IMG/VR virus record: IMGVR_UViG_3300021185_001231
Length of the DNA: 64,000 nucleotides
Strand: one strand, 5' to 3'
Origin: a virus
Shown: piece by piece, positions 36,931-44,641 of the stretch
Position numbering within the stretch: position 1 is the stretch's first letter
How the letters are laid out: every line of letters begins with the position of its first letter
Program-made: the position numbers and the translations under genes
The notes under the pieces: generated by a model
What the model saw: only the letters and a program-made list of their open reading frames with translations
Database searches by the model: none
What the model was told of the DNA's origin: nothing

Positions 36931-37369
36931 TCTCTAGTCTCACCATTAATCGTTCTGCACGATTAGTTACTTGTTTATGCCAACGAGAATCCCTACCTTC
37001 TACGGCAGCTCTTTCCCAGTCACCATCGAGTAGTGCGGCAGTCATATTCTTAAACTTACTGAGACGAGTTCTTCCCATATTGAACATCATATTAACCAAG
37101 ATTTCTTGGACTTCGTCGGGGAAATCTCCATAAGTCCGCTCTTCGTATAGAGCTTCGCACTCGGAAATCGCGGTGTCCAGATCGGTCTCGAAACATTCCC
37201 AGACTCTCTCTTCAGAGATCTCTGTTCCAACATCCTGTCCATATTCTGGGTCACTGTCCTTGACCAAATGCCCCACACCAAAAGTAGGGTAGCCAAGATG
37301 GTCGAGATAAATTTCATACTTAACCCCTTCGTCTATTTTTAATGTTTTAAAAACATTTTCTCTGTTCAT
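36923..37369 (-). CDS. Endolysin, T4-lysozyme family (GH24)
   Basis: DEG...IYLDHLGYPTFGVGH, NMMFNMG, SRW..Q...RA. Confidence 0.93.
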   Translation of the reverse strand: MNRENVFKTLKIDEGVKYEIYLDHLGYPTFGVGHLVKDSDPEYGQDVGTEISEERVWECFETDLDTAISECEALYEERTYGDFPDEVQEILVNMMFNMGRTRLSKFKNMTAALLDGDWERAAVEGRDSRWHKQVTNRAERLMVRLENV

Positions 37370-37384
37370 GTATATATTCCTATA

Positions 37385-37621
37385 TTAAGTGTTGATTGTA
37401 GAATGCTTACCAGCACCCTTCTTGATATTTTTCAGATGATCATTCCATTCCGAACCGGCCAACTGACGAGCTGTGGTATGACCAGAGACGAGTTTAGGCG
37501 CAGATAATATAACCTGAGTTAGTTCTGGATTGTTTTCTTTAAATTCATCTAGGTCAGAAATCCGAAGAGTCTTTTCAAAGATCTCTCCGGTTTCTTTATT
37601 TTTAAAATTGTAAATTGCCAT
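37385..37621 (-). CDS. FmdB-like small protein lacking Cys (start corrected)
   Basis: M.IY.F.N.ETGE.FE...NP.L.QV. Confidence 0.7.
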   Translation of the reverse strand: MAIYNFKNKETGEIFEKTLRISDLDEFKENNPELTQVILSAPKLVSGHTTARQLAGSEWNDHLKNIKKGAGKHSTINT

Positions 37622-37703
37622 AATAAAATTCACTGGTCATAAAGTAGATCAATACGACAGGATACGCGAGATCTGATCCTGAAGAGATATGATCACCCCC
37701 TAT

Positions 37704-37847
37704 TTAACAGTTAAAACCCTTTGTTGTAGTATAATAATTATCCATTGTCACATTCGAGTTACAATTATTATTGTATGTCGTTTGGGAGAGTGACATGGAT
37801 GTTCTATGAATTGTTGCAGTTTTATTACTTACTTTAGTATTCGACAT
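37704..37847 (-). CDS. Putative 47-aa Ser/Thr/Asn-rich peptide, missed by ORF track
   Basis: AAGGA RBS; MSNTKVSNKTATIHRTSMSLSQTTYNNNCNSNVTMDNYYTTTKGFNC. Confidence 0.45.
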   Translation of the reverse strand: MSNTKVSNKTATIHRTSMSLSQTTYNNNCNSNVTMDNYYTTTKGFNC

Positions 37848-37892
37848 AGTAGATTCCTTATAGGTCGAGTGGGTTTAAGCTGCTACCTTGGG

Positions 37893-38330
37893 TTACTTAC
37901 GGATCAAATCGGGGAATGCCTCCTGTACAAGTTTTTTAGTTAAGAATTTTGTTGGCGATTTCTTTTCCACCATAGAAAGAACTAAATCAGCATCTTTAGG
38001 ATGAATAGACTCTAATAGTTCTATAAATTTGTTTTCTCTTTTGTGGGCAGGGAGATCAGTGCCAGGCCCACCATTTACAAAAATACCAAACATCTTATGT
38101 CCTCTCAATAGAGTGGAGGGAACACTTCTTTCGTTATTTGGGGTGAATGGAGGTTTTCCTTCGGGTAAAAGAAACTCTAAAGAATCGTCAAAAGTTCCTC
38201 TTAAAACATCCTTCAATGCCTGAACATCAGAATATTTACTTAGAACCTCCAATCGAGATTTTTTATTTTTAGATTTACTGAACTCTTCAAGTATCTCAAA
38301 AACTTCAGGATTTCTGGTAGTATATGCCAT
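37893..38330 (-). CDS. Conserved hypothetical protein (DUF6433-like)
   Basis: LPEG.PP, KRE..FI.LLE.IHP.DA, V..AFP.L. Confidence 0.8.
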   Translation of the reverse strand: MAYTTRNPEVFEILEEFSKSKNKKSRLEVLSKYSDVQALKDVLRGTFDDSLEFLLPEGKPPFTPNNERSVPSTLLRGHKMFGIFVNGGPGTDLPAHKRENKFIELLESIHPKDADLVLSMVEKKSPTKFLTKKLVQEAFPDLIRK

Positions 38331-38352
38331 AATTTAATTGCCTCTGTTAATA

Positions 38353-38520
38353 TTATATATACTTTTTATTAGGTTTATCTTTTACTAATCTACGACATTC
38401 GTTAAATCTACGAATACTTGTCAAAACACCAAACAATTCATCATCAGCTTTCTGTGAAAAACTTAACCAAAATATAAGCATTATTCTTAGTATCCAAACG
38501 CCTACTTTTCCAGAAACCAT
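38353..38520 (-). CDS. Small membrane protein (55 aa), missed by ORF track
   Basis: MVSGKVGVWILRIMLIFWLSFSQKADDELFGVLTSIRRFNECRRLVKDKPNKKYI. Confidence 0.55.
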   Translation of the reverse strand: MVSGKVGVWILRIMLIFWLSFSQKADDELFGVLTSIRRFNECRRLVKDKPNKKYI

Positions 38521-39047
38521 TTTGGTACCTCTCGGTTAGACCATTTCGCAAAGTATCTTTTTTCTTCTCGATAGTACTTACGGTAACCTTCAGTAACATT
38601 ATCATCCTTACAGTATTCAGGCATACATTGTGGCATAATAGTCTCAGATCCTACCTGATTAATATTCTTAGGGGCGAACCACAACTGACCAGATAGTTTA
38701 TCATAAGTAGCGTGTATTCTTCCATAACGGTGCGTATATTCCTTAGCACAAGCTACGAAATGATTATACAACCATCGATAGTTCCTTTCGTTTTCTCTTG
38801 TCCAGATAGCGGATGGGTGGTTAACATGACAAGCTTTGTATAACAGTCTTTCTTGCGCATCTCCATTGAGTCTCCATCGTTTTATCCTACGGCCGCCCTT
38901 AGTTCTATCGGCATATTCTTCACCATCAATAACACGATGAGCGGTTGATAGTAACTGGGCATATTCAATGACCATTTTGACCACATGTTTGTCACACATC
39001 ATTTGAGCTGATATAACAGGGTCATCATGTAATCTAAAAATATTCAT
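38502..39047 (-). CDS. Pyrimidine-dimer DNA glycosylase-like protein (start corrected)
   Basis: MNIF.L..DP...A...CDKHVVKM..E.AQLLST, H.NHP. Confidence 0.8.
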   Translation of the reverse strand: MNIFRLHDDPVISAQMMCDKHVVKMVIEYAQLLSTAHRVIDGEEYADRTKGGRRIKRWRLNGDAQERLLYKACHVNHPSAIWTRENERNYRWLYNHFVACAKEYTHRYGRIHATYDKLSGQLWFAPKNINQVGSETIMPQCMPEYCKDDNVTEGYRKYYREEKRYFAKWSNREVPKWFLEK

Positions 39048-39184
39048 TCGTAATCCCAAATACAAGAAACAATATCTTTAACAAATTCTAAAGGCAGGTC
39101 TAACTTACTAGAAATATCCTGTACCGAAACTGTTTGTTCATATAACTCTTGAACCTCAAAAACCACTGTACTCATTTTACTCAT
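39044..39184 (-). CDS. Small HTH-like protein (46 aa), missed by ORF track
   Basis: MSKMSTVVFEVQELYEQTVSVQDISSKLDLPLEFVKDIVSCIWDYE; ATGA overlaps at both ends. Confidence 0.65.
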   Translation of the reverse strand: MSKMSTVVFEVQELYEQTVSVQDISSKLDLPLEFVKDIVSCIWDYE

Positions 39185-39378
39185 TTTACTTCTCCCAAGT
39201 TTTTTACTTTAAGTTCTTTCATCGTATCACTATCAAGAAAATGTCTGTCCATTAGATTAGGTCCAGTAGCAATACTGTAGTAATCAATATCTTCAGGGGT
39301 ATGCACAAACATTATTTCACCAGAAAAGACACCACTAGGAGTGTTCCACCGAATCGTCTCACCAACTATACCGTACAT
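39181..39378 (-). CDS. Hypothetical early protein
   Basis: Coupled ORF. Confidence 0.65.
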   Translation of the reverse strand: MYGIVGETIRWNTPSGVFSGEIMFVHTPEDIDYYSIATGPNLMDRHFLDSDTMKELKVKNLGEVK

Positions 39379-39710
39379 TATGTCTTCCTCCTATATCCAA
39401 GAGTTTCCATTGCGAAGACAGGAGAACCTCCAACTTCGTATCCATAATCTTCATCGAAGAATTTGTTGTTGTGGTCAGAAAGATACATATACTCCTCAAC
39501 ATGAACATTTTTTACTAGGAAGTTAATCCATGTTTTCCAAGGTTTGTAACCATGTTTGAATCTCGCGACAAAAGCAGGCTTTAACTTACCATACCAGCTT
39601 GGGTGACAGTTAGGATGAACATCTTGCATCAACTTGGCACCTTCGAAATCACCTTTGTATGTTAAGTACATACCGTCCCATTGGAAATCTTCTTTAACAA
39701 AATAAGTCAT
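39378..39710 (-). CDS. Hypothetical early protein (start corrected)
   Basis: ATG after GAGAGAG leader; F.WDGMYL.Y...FVARFK. Confidence 0.75.
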   Translation of the reverse strand: MTYFVKEDFQWDGMYLTYKGDFEGAKLMQDVHPNCHPSWYGKLKPAFVARFKHGYKPWKTWINFLVKNVHVEEYMYLSDHNNKFFDEDYGYEVGGSPVFAMETLGYRRKT

Positions 39711-39745
39711 AATAAACACACTCTCTCAATCATCAATACATAGGT

Positions 39746-39774
39746 ATTATACAATATTTCACACACTTTGTCAA
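39746..39774 (-). promoter_or_regulatory. Early sigma70-type promoter
   Basis: TTGACA-N17-TATAAT; leader identical to that of the 40679 promoter. Confidence 0.9.
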
Positions 39775-39782
39775 CACATTTA

Positions 39783-40019
39783 TTACTTATTTTCAAAATA
39801 ATATTTAATATCTTTCTTGTTAAACTTGCGAAACTTTCGTCTACTCACACTCCAAGATTTTTTCGGAGCACTGAAGATTTTCACATCCTTTGTACCATAA
39901 GGAACATAACCCACAAGGTCCGTACCCTTAGTTATGTAGACGTGATTGGGAACTTTGTACTCGCCCCAGTCGGTCAACTCTTCTCGCCACAAATAGTGAC
40001 AGGCTTCATCAAAAGTCAT
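39783..40019 (-). CDS. Hypothetical early protein (start corrected)
   Basis: MTFDEACHY...E.TDW...VPNH.Y...SRRKF. Confidence 0.7.
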   Translation of the reverse strand: MTFDEACHYLWREELTDWGEYKVPNHVYITKGTDLVGYVPYGTKDVKIFSAPKKSWSVSRRKFRKFNKKDIKYYFENK

Positions 40020-40020
40020 A

Positions 40021-40374
40021 TTAAAACTCCACTCGGTCAAAGACAGCGACAGCACCATAGAAGTGACCGTCAATCAACTGGTCACACAGTTTAGAAAATC
40101 GTGAGTCAGATGTTGCGGCATAGTTACCACCGAACATTGTCCATTTACCTTTTTTTGATAGAGGAACGACTCTGAGACACTTACGACCACCGATAGGTTC
40201 TTCCATAATCAGTTCCGCAGCTGGGTAATCTGAACAAGGTTCGAAAGGACCCTCTGCATTGACTATAGTAAAACCCTTACTATATGAAGACTCACCACCA
40301 GCGGTGCAGTCAACATTATCTAAAAAACTGTTTCTATACGGAACTTGTTTGTACACACTAACATGAATTCCCAT
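40021..40374 (-). CDS. Hypothetical early protein
   Basis: DCT.GG.S...MFGGNY..TSDSRF...DR.E. Confidence 0.75.
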   Translation of the reverse strand: MGIHVSVYKQVPYRNSFLDNVDCTAGGESSYSKGFTIVNAEGPFEPCSDYPAAELIMEEPIGGRKCLRVVPLSKKGKWTMFGGNYAATSDSRFSKLCDQLIDGHFYGAVAVFDRVEF

Positions 40375-40643
40375 TACACATACCTCACATTATTTTTAAG
40401 AAACCATTTCTCGACTACGGGATTACCGCAATCATCCTCATCAACCGCAATATATGCTACGGTCTTCTTGACATTGGCATAACGATACTGTTGACCGATA
40501 CCACCAACCCAAACTATATGGGGATAGTCTTTGTGGAAGTCCAAGAAACAGTGATTATTCTCACTGTAATGAAAGTAATTACCGAAGTCTTTCTCAGTAA
40601 ACTCACCTAAAACATTTTCAACACTCGAAGGGGCAAAACTCAT
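40374..40643 (-). CDS. Hypothetical early protein (start corrected)
   Basis: RYA.VKKTVAYIAVDED..G....EKW. Confidence 0.75.
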   Translation of the reverse strand: MSFAPSSVENVLGEFTEKDFGNYFHYSENNHCFLDFHKDYPHIVWVGGIGQQYRYANVKKTVAYIAVDEDDCGNPVVEKWFLKNNVRYV

Positions 40644-40678
40644 AATAAACACACTCTCTCAATCATCAATACATAGGT

Positions 40679-40707
40679 ATTATACAACGCCCAACAAGGT
40701 TTGTCAA
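40679..40707 (-). promoter_or_regulatory. Early sigma70-type promoter
   Basis: AAAACGC-TTGACA-N17-TATAAT. Confidence 0.9.
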
Positions 40708-40749
40708 GCGTTTTCTTGAAATTAAATGAAGTTTTTTTTATGTGGAAAA

Positions 40750-40840
40750 TGGCGGAGAGGGTGGGATTTGAACCCACGATACGCTATTAACGTATGCCAG
40801 TTTTCAAGACTGGTGCATTCAACCGCTCTGCCACCTCTCC
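40750..40840 (-). tRNA. tRNA-Ser(TGA)
   Basis: Cloverleaf with long variable arm; anticodon arm CCAGT-CTTGAAA-ACTGG; encoded CCA. Confidence 0.95.
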
Positions 40841-40850
40841 GAAAATATTA

Positions 40851-40934
40851 TGGTGGGGGGAGGTGGATTCGAACCACCGAAGCTTTCGCGTCAGATTTAC
40901 AGTCTGATCCCTTTGGCCGCTCGGGAATCCCCCC
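40851..40934 (-). tRNA. tRNA-Tyr(GTA)
   Basis: TCAGA-CTGTAAA-TCTGA; GTTCGAATC; encoded CCA. Confidence 0.95.
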
Positions 40935-40942
40935 CGATTAGA

Positions 40943-41059
40943 TTAATCTTTGAACTTGTTATCGATCCAACATTTACCGTAGTACAAAATTCCCAACCAA
41001 ACAGAGAAGAGTATTCCGTCTAGGTAACTGAGTGATTCCCAAACATTTATAGGGTCCAT
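40943..41059 (-). CDS. Small membrane peptide (38 aa) inside tRNA cluster, missed by ORF track
   Basis: AGGA RBS; MDPINVWESLSYLDGILFSVWLGILYYGKCWIDNKFKD. Confidence 0.65.
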   Translation of the reverse strand: MDPINVWESLSYLDGILFSVWLGILYYGKCWIDNKFKD

Positions 41060-41074
41060 GATTTTTTCCTATAT

Positions 41075-41151
41075 TGGCGGACTGGACGAGACTCGAACTC
41101 GCGACCTCCGGCGTGACAGGCCGGCATTCTAACCAACTGAACTACCAGTCC
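41075..41151 (-). tRNA. tRNA-Asp(GTC)
   Basis: CCGGC-CTGTCAC-GCCGG; encoded CCA. Confidence 0.95.
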
Positions 41152-41158
41152 TAGTTAA

Positions 41159-41234
<76 letters not shown>

Positions 41235-41245
41235 ATAAATTTGTC

Positions 41246-41341
41246 TGGTGACACAAAACTCTTCTTTGACCTTATACGTTGCACGTGCATAGTCTCCAAG
41301 CCTTCTGACTAACGGTACCAGTTACCGACCTACTTGGTGTC
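41246..41341 (-). ncRNA. Putative CCA-ending tRNA-like ncRNA
   Basis: 5' GACAC pairs with 3' GTGTC followed by ACCA; three internal hairpins; no canonical D/T loops. Confidence 0.5.
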
Positions 41342-41422
41342 GTGTTTCTATTTAGGATGATTAATCCCATTCTCATCATAGGAGAAACAAATAACTACTA
41401 GTCCGCAATCATAGGACTCGTT

Positions 41423-41498
41423 TGGTGGAGGTATGCGGGATCGAACCGCAGACCTTCGCCGTGCAAGGGCGACGCTCTCCCAGCTGAGCTATACCCCC
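41423..41498 (-). tRNA. tRNA-Ala(TGC)
   Basis: G3-U70 pair; TGC anticodon; encoded CCA. Confidence 0.95.
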
Positions 41499-41502
41499 AA
41501 AA

Positions 41503-41578
41503 TGGAGCTCGGAACAGGAGTCGAACCTGCGACCTGCTGATTACAAGTCAGCTGCTCTACCAACTGAGCTATCCGAGC
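41503..41578 (-). tRNA. tRNA-Thr(TGT)
   Basis: GCTGA-CTTGTAA-TCAGC; encoded CCA. Confidence 0.95.
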
Positions 41579-41595
41579 TTTAAACTAAGGTGTGT

Positions 41596-41624
41596 ATTAT
41601 AACACAATAAAAAATATTTGTCAA
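41596..41624 (-). promoter_or_regulatory. sigma70-type promoter for tRNA cluster
   Basis: TTGACA-N17-TATAAT directly upstream of tRNA-Thr. Confidence 0.85.
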
Positions 41625-41627
41625 ATA

Positions 41628-42986
41628 TTATTTTTTATAATTTTCTAAAAAATATTTCAAATCTTCTGGAGTTCCCAATCCCCACATTTTGGAAGCATTA
41701 TGTGTATATATTTTTTTACAATCTTCGATCGCCTGATTAAAAACTGGACACACATAAAACTCATTATTTACTCTAATATTTTTTTCTATCATTTGTTCAG
41801 CATATTTAACAAAATCACTACCACTCTTCCAATAGTAATAACCGACTGTAGCAAGATTACTTATAGGATTTTTTTCCGCAACTTCTGTTACAAGACCAAA
41901 GTTATCTATTTTGGCAAAAGACCATTTTGGATGAGTAGCCTCAAATGTGACAATACCACCGTCAGCATTCTTTTCGTTCATTGAATACATAAACTCCATA
42001 ACTTCCCATTCAACATACTGATCAGAATTGGCAAAGAATAGTGGATTTTCATTGTTTATATATTCTTTTGCTAAAAGTGCGGTACATGCCGCTCCCTCAG
42101 TCATCTTATCCACCTCAATAATTTTGCATTTTGGGGATATTAGTCCTAACATAGTATCTAGGTTATAATCTTCTCTGTGTTCTTTTTGTACTACAAATAT
42201 ATAATTAGCATCTAATCCCAGATTTTCAACAACATTCTGGATCATAGGTTTACCATTCACATCTATCAGTGGTTTAGGAAAAGTGTAACCCGCCTCTTTA
42301 AAACGACTACCAGCTCCAGCCATTGGTATAAGAACATTCAATTTATCATTTTTCCACTTTTTTATCATAGGTGCACCCTCAATTTTTGGGATTATATTAT
42401 GTATATTTGTATTATAAGGATTGTCCACTCGTATATAATTAGCGCGAGATCTTTGTGCGGACAGTAATCCAGCTGGACTATCTTCAACGATTATAGTTTC
42501 TTCCGGCAAAACCCCCATCATAGACATAGCCTTCCAATATATCTCTGGGTGAGGTTTAGCATTTTTGACATCTTCATTGGAAAGAATTACCGAACAATGT
42601 TGTATTATTTTTGCTTGTGAAAGCGAAGTTAAAACCGTTCTTCTTATTGAATTTGAACATACTCCAATTTTATATCCGAGTTTTTCTAACTCTAAAAATA
42701 ACTCACATATTTCTTCTATTGGTTTTTGTTCGGATAACATTTCTCTAGTAAGTTTTTGTTTATTTTCACTTATTTGTGAATGTAGTTTCGGATCTAAACC
42801 CTTACGTTCCGTTAACATATTTAATTTTTGTATAGTTTTTAATCCATCATAAATTGAAAGATGTTCCTTTTCGGTTATAGAATATTTTTCACCTAAAGCT
42901 TTGTTTAAAGCCTTATAATGTATATTTTTAGCATCTACTAATACTCCATCTAAATCAAAGAGAATTAATTTTATAGGACGATTCAT
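41628..42986 (-). CDS. HAD phosphatase / sugar-nucleotidyltransferase fusion
   Basis: FDLDGVL, KPHPEIY, VEDS; then IPMAGAGSRF..PKPLI, EK, LGTPEDL. Confidence 0.88.
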   Translation of the reverse strand: MNRPIKLILFDLDGVLVDAKNIHYKALNKALGEKYSITEKEHLSIYDGLKTIQKLNMLTERKGLDPKLHSQISENKQKLTREMLSEQKPIEEICELFLELEKLGYKIGVCSNSIRRTVLTSLSQAKIIQHCSVILSNEDVKNAKPHPEIYWKAMSMMGVLPEETIIVEDSPAGLLSAQRSRANYIRVDNPYNTNIHNIIPKIEGAPMIKKWKNDKLNVLIPMAGAGSRFKEAGYTFPKPLIDVNGKPMIQNVVENLGLDANYIFVVQKEHREDYNLDTMLGLISPKCKIIEVDKMTEGAACTALLAKEYINNENPLFFANSDQYVEWEVMEFMYSMNEKNADGGIVTFEATHPKWSFAKIDNFGLVTEVAEKNPISNLATVGYYYWKSGSDFVKYAEQMIEKNIRVNNEFYVCPVFNQAIEDCKKIYTHNASKMWGLGTPEDLKYFLENYKK

Positions 42987-43849
42987 AACATATTAACTCT
43001 ATTTAATATGTCATAACTTCTTTTACTCGTATCTATATTTCTATATATTGAAACAAGTCCATCTATATTAATATGTTTTCTTTTTCTACATAAAATTTGA
43101 TGCCAACCATATTCAGCTCCATACAAATTTTCTTTCACATAGTGATCCATTATGTCAAAATCTATTATGTCATCCTTTTTAAATACTATACAAAAATCTT
43201 TTAAGTAGTTGTTCCATTTGCATGGAGAATAATCATTATTAGATCCGACTTCATCTATGATACAATAGATGCCCCCATCTACCTGTTTTTTTACGGATTC
43301 TCTTCTAGACCTAACTCGAAGGTAATTATCATTTTGATTACGAACCGTTTTTCCCAAAACACTACTATGATTAGGTATAGTAGCTATCCCTATGACATTA
43401 TCTTTAGCTAATTCTAAAATATCGGAAAGAGGAAATTCATTATTAAAATAAGCATCCCACCTAGTTCTTATATAAAAATCATAATCTTTAGGAATAGAAT
43501 TGAACTGTTCCAATAGAGATATGTGTTGAAAACAACCGTGAGCTCTCATAAGTTTTCCGGACTCTGAAGAGTTCTTTATTCTATTAATTCCGGAAAAATC
43601 TTTTTTAGGAAGATTTTCTACAGCCTTAAGATAAGGATCGTAACTAGCTAAAGGAGGTTTAGGTACCCACTTTATATCAACAATATTCCTTATATCCTTA
43701 AATATATGTCGATCTTCATCATTATCCCAAGTTTGATAAAATATATCACAACCGGAAAATATTTTTTGAAGAGAACTTAAATTTTCTTTAAGTATTTCTC
43801 GTCTCAAATATGGATGAAAATTTCCATTTATAAGTACAGCAATTTTCAC
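42983..43849 (-). CDS. Glycosyltransferase-like hypothetical protein
   Basis: MKIAV..NG, TW, YD..IRTR.D pattern; AT-rich; coupled to HAD/NTase gene. Confidence 0.5.
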   Translation of the reverse strand: MKIAVLINGNFHPYLRREILKENLSSLQKIFSGCDIFYQTWDNDEDRHIFKDIRNIVDIKWVPKPPLASYDPYLKAVENLPKKDFSGINRIKNSSESGKLMRAHGCFQHISLLEQFNSIPKDYDFYIRTRWDAYFNNEFPLSDILELAKDNVIGIATIPNHSSVLGKTVRNQNDNYLRVRSRRESVKKQVDGGIYCIIDEVGSNNDYSPCKWNNYLKDFCIVFKKDDIIDFDIMDHYVKENLYGAEYGWHQILCRKRKHINIDGLVSIYRNIDTSKRSYDILNRVNML

Positions 43850-44043
43850 TAATCTTCAACAACTTCAGCCACTAAGGGTGCCTTACGACGAACCAGTTCA
43901 TTTCTAGCTTTTTGTTTTTTCTTGCCTGTAGCGTTGTCTTTGGCAATAACCTCTTGTAGTTCTTCGGTAGAAACAGTGTGTATATAATACCGAGTAATGT
44001 TTCTTTTCCTATCCTTTGCATCGGGTTTCCATTTGATTGGCAT
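43849..44043 (-). CDS. Conserved hypothetical basic protein
   Basis: MPIKW...K.KQK.RNELVRR. Confidence 0.7.
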   Translation of the reverse strand: MPIKWKPDAKDRKRNITRYYIHTVSTEELQEVIAKDNATGKKKQKARNELVRRKAPLVAEVVED

Positions 44044-44053
44044 AATAAATTTC

Positions 44054-44482
44054 CTATTTTTTCATGTTAACAGATAGGTGTTTGGAATGTACCTTACACC
44101 CAATAAACTCATTGTAGAAGTCCGAAGACTCAAGTACTTCGTATTGAAATTGATACTTTGCTTCATAGTAAGAACAGTCTCCTTTAGATTTGCATAATCT
44201 AAGTATCTCCCTACTAAAAGCTTCGTTACCCTTTTTTTCAACTAAAGCTTTAACATTCTCACTAGATCCATAGTAATCCATCCAATCAGACTGAACTTTA
44301 GTTTTAACTCTTCTCTTTCTCTTTTTGGTGACGGGTAAAGTCTTAGGTTTCCAAAATAACTTCTTACCGATATATTTTTTACCACTATCCTTTTCGGTCA
44401 CCATATAAACAAACCCAACATAAGTTTTAAGGAACTCATCGTCGGGTTTAAATTCTTTATCTTCATATATCCACATAACCAT
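44054..44482 (-). CDS. GIY-YIG (Seg-like) nuclease-domain protein
   Basis: GFVY...KKYIGKK, YYGSS, F.REIL, FYN. Confidence 0.8.
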   Translation of the reverse strand: MVMWIYEDKEFKPDDEFLKTYVGFVYMVTEKDSGKKYIGKKLFWKPKTLPVTKKRKRRVKTKVQSDWMDYYGSSENVKALVEKKGNEAFSREILRLCKSKGDCSYYEAKYQFQYEVLESSDFYNEFIGCKVHSKHLSVNMKK

Positions 44483-44500
44483 TATATATGCCTATACTAA

Positions 44501-44641
44501 CTACTCGTGATCTTCCACCTCTTCGGCATCGATATCGGAACCACACATAGGACAGAAACGAGGGACTTCATCCTCATCTATTTCATACTTTATCTTTACA
44601 ACGGTAAAGATATCGCATATCGGGCATTCTATTTCCCACAT
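44501..44641 (-). CDS. Small acidic zinc-ribbon protein (46 aa), missed by ORF track
   Basis: MWEIECPICDIFTVVKIKYEIDEDEVPRFCPMCGSDIDAEEVEDHE; TAATG coupling to nrdB. Confidence 0.8.
   Translation of the reverse strand: MWEIECPICDIFTVVKIKYEIDEDEVPRFCPMCGSDIDAEEVEDHE

Noticed and set aside
37630-37895. tmRNA (GGGGGTGA start, GCAGCTTAA tag-like end, ACCA)
   Set aside because: Elements are in the wrong order, and there is no matching acceptor 3' strand (CACCTCC-ACCA) or T-arm. Kept only as a structured region.
40726-40941. 71-aa + strand ORF
   Set aside because: Antisense to tRNA-Ser and tRNA-Tyr.
44054-44482. Active homing endonuclease element
   Set aside because: Only the GIY-YIG catalytic domain is present, with no DNA-binding extension or interrupted target gene, so mobility cannot be supported.
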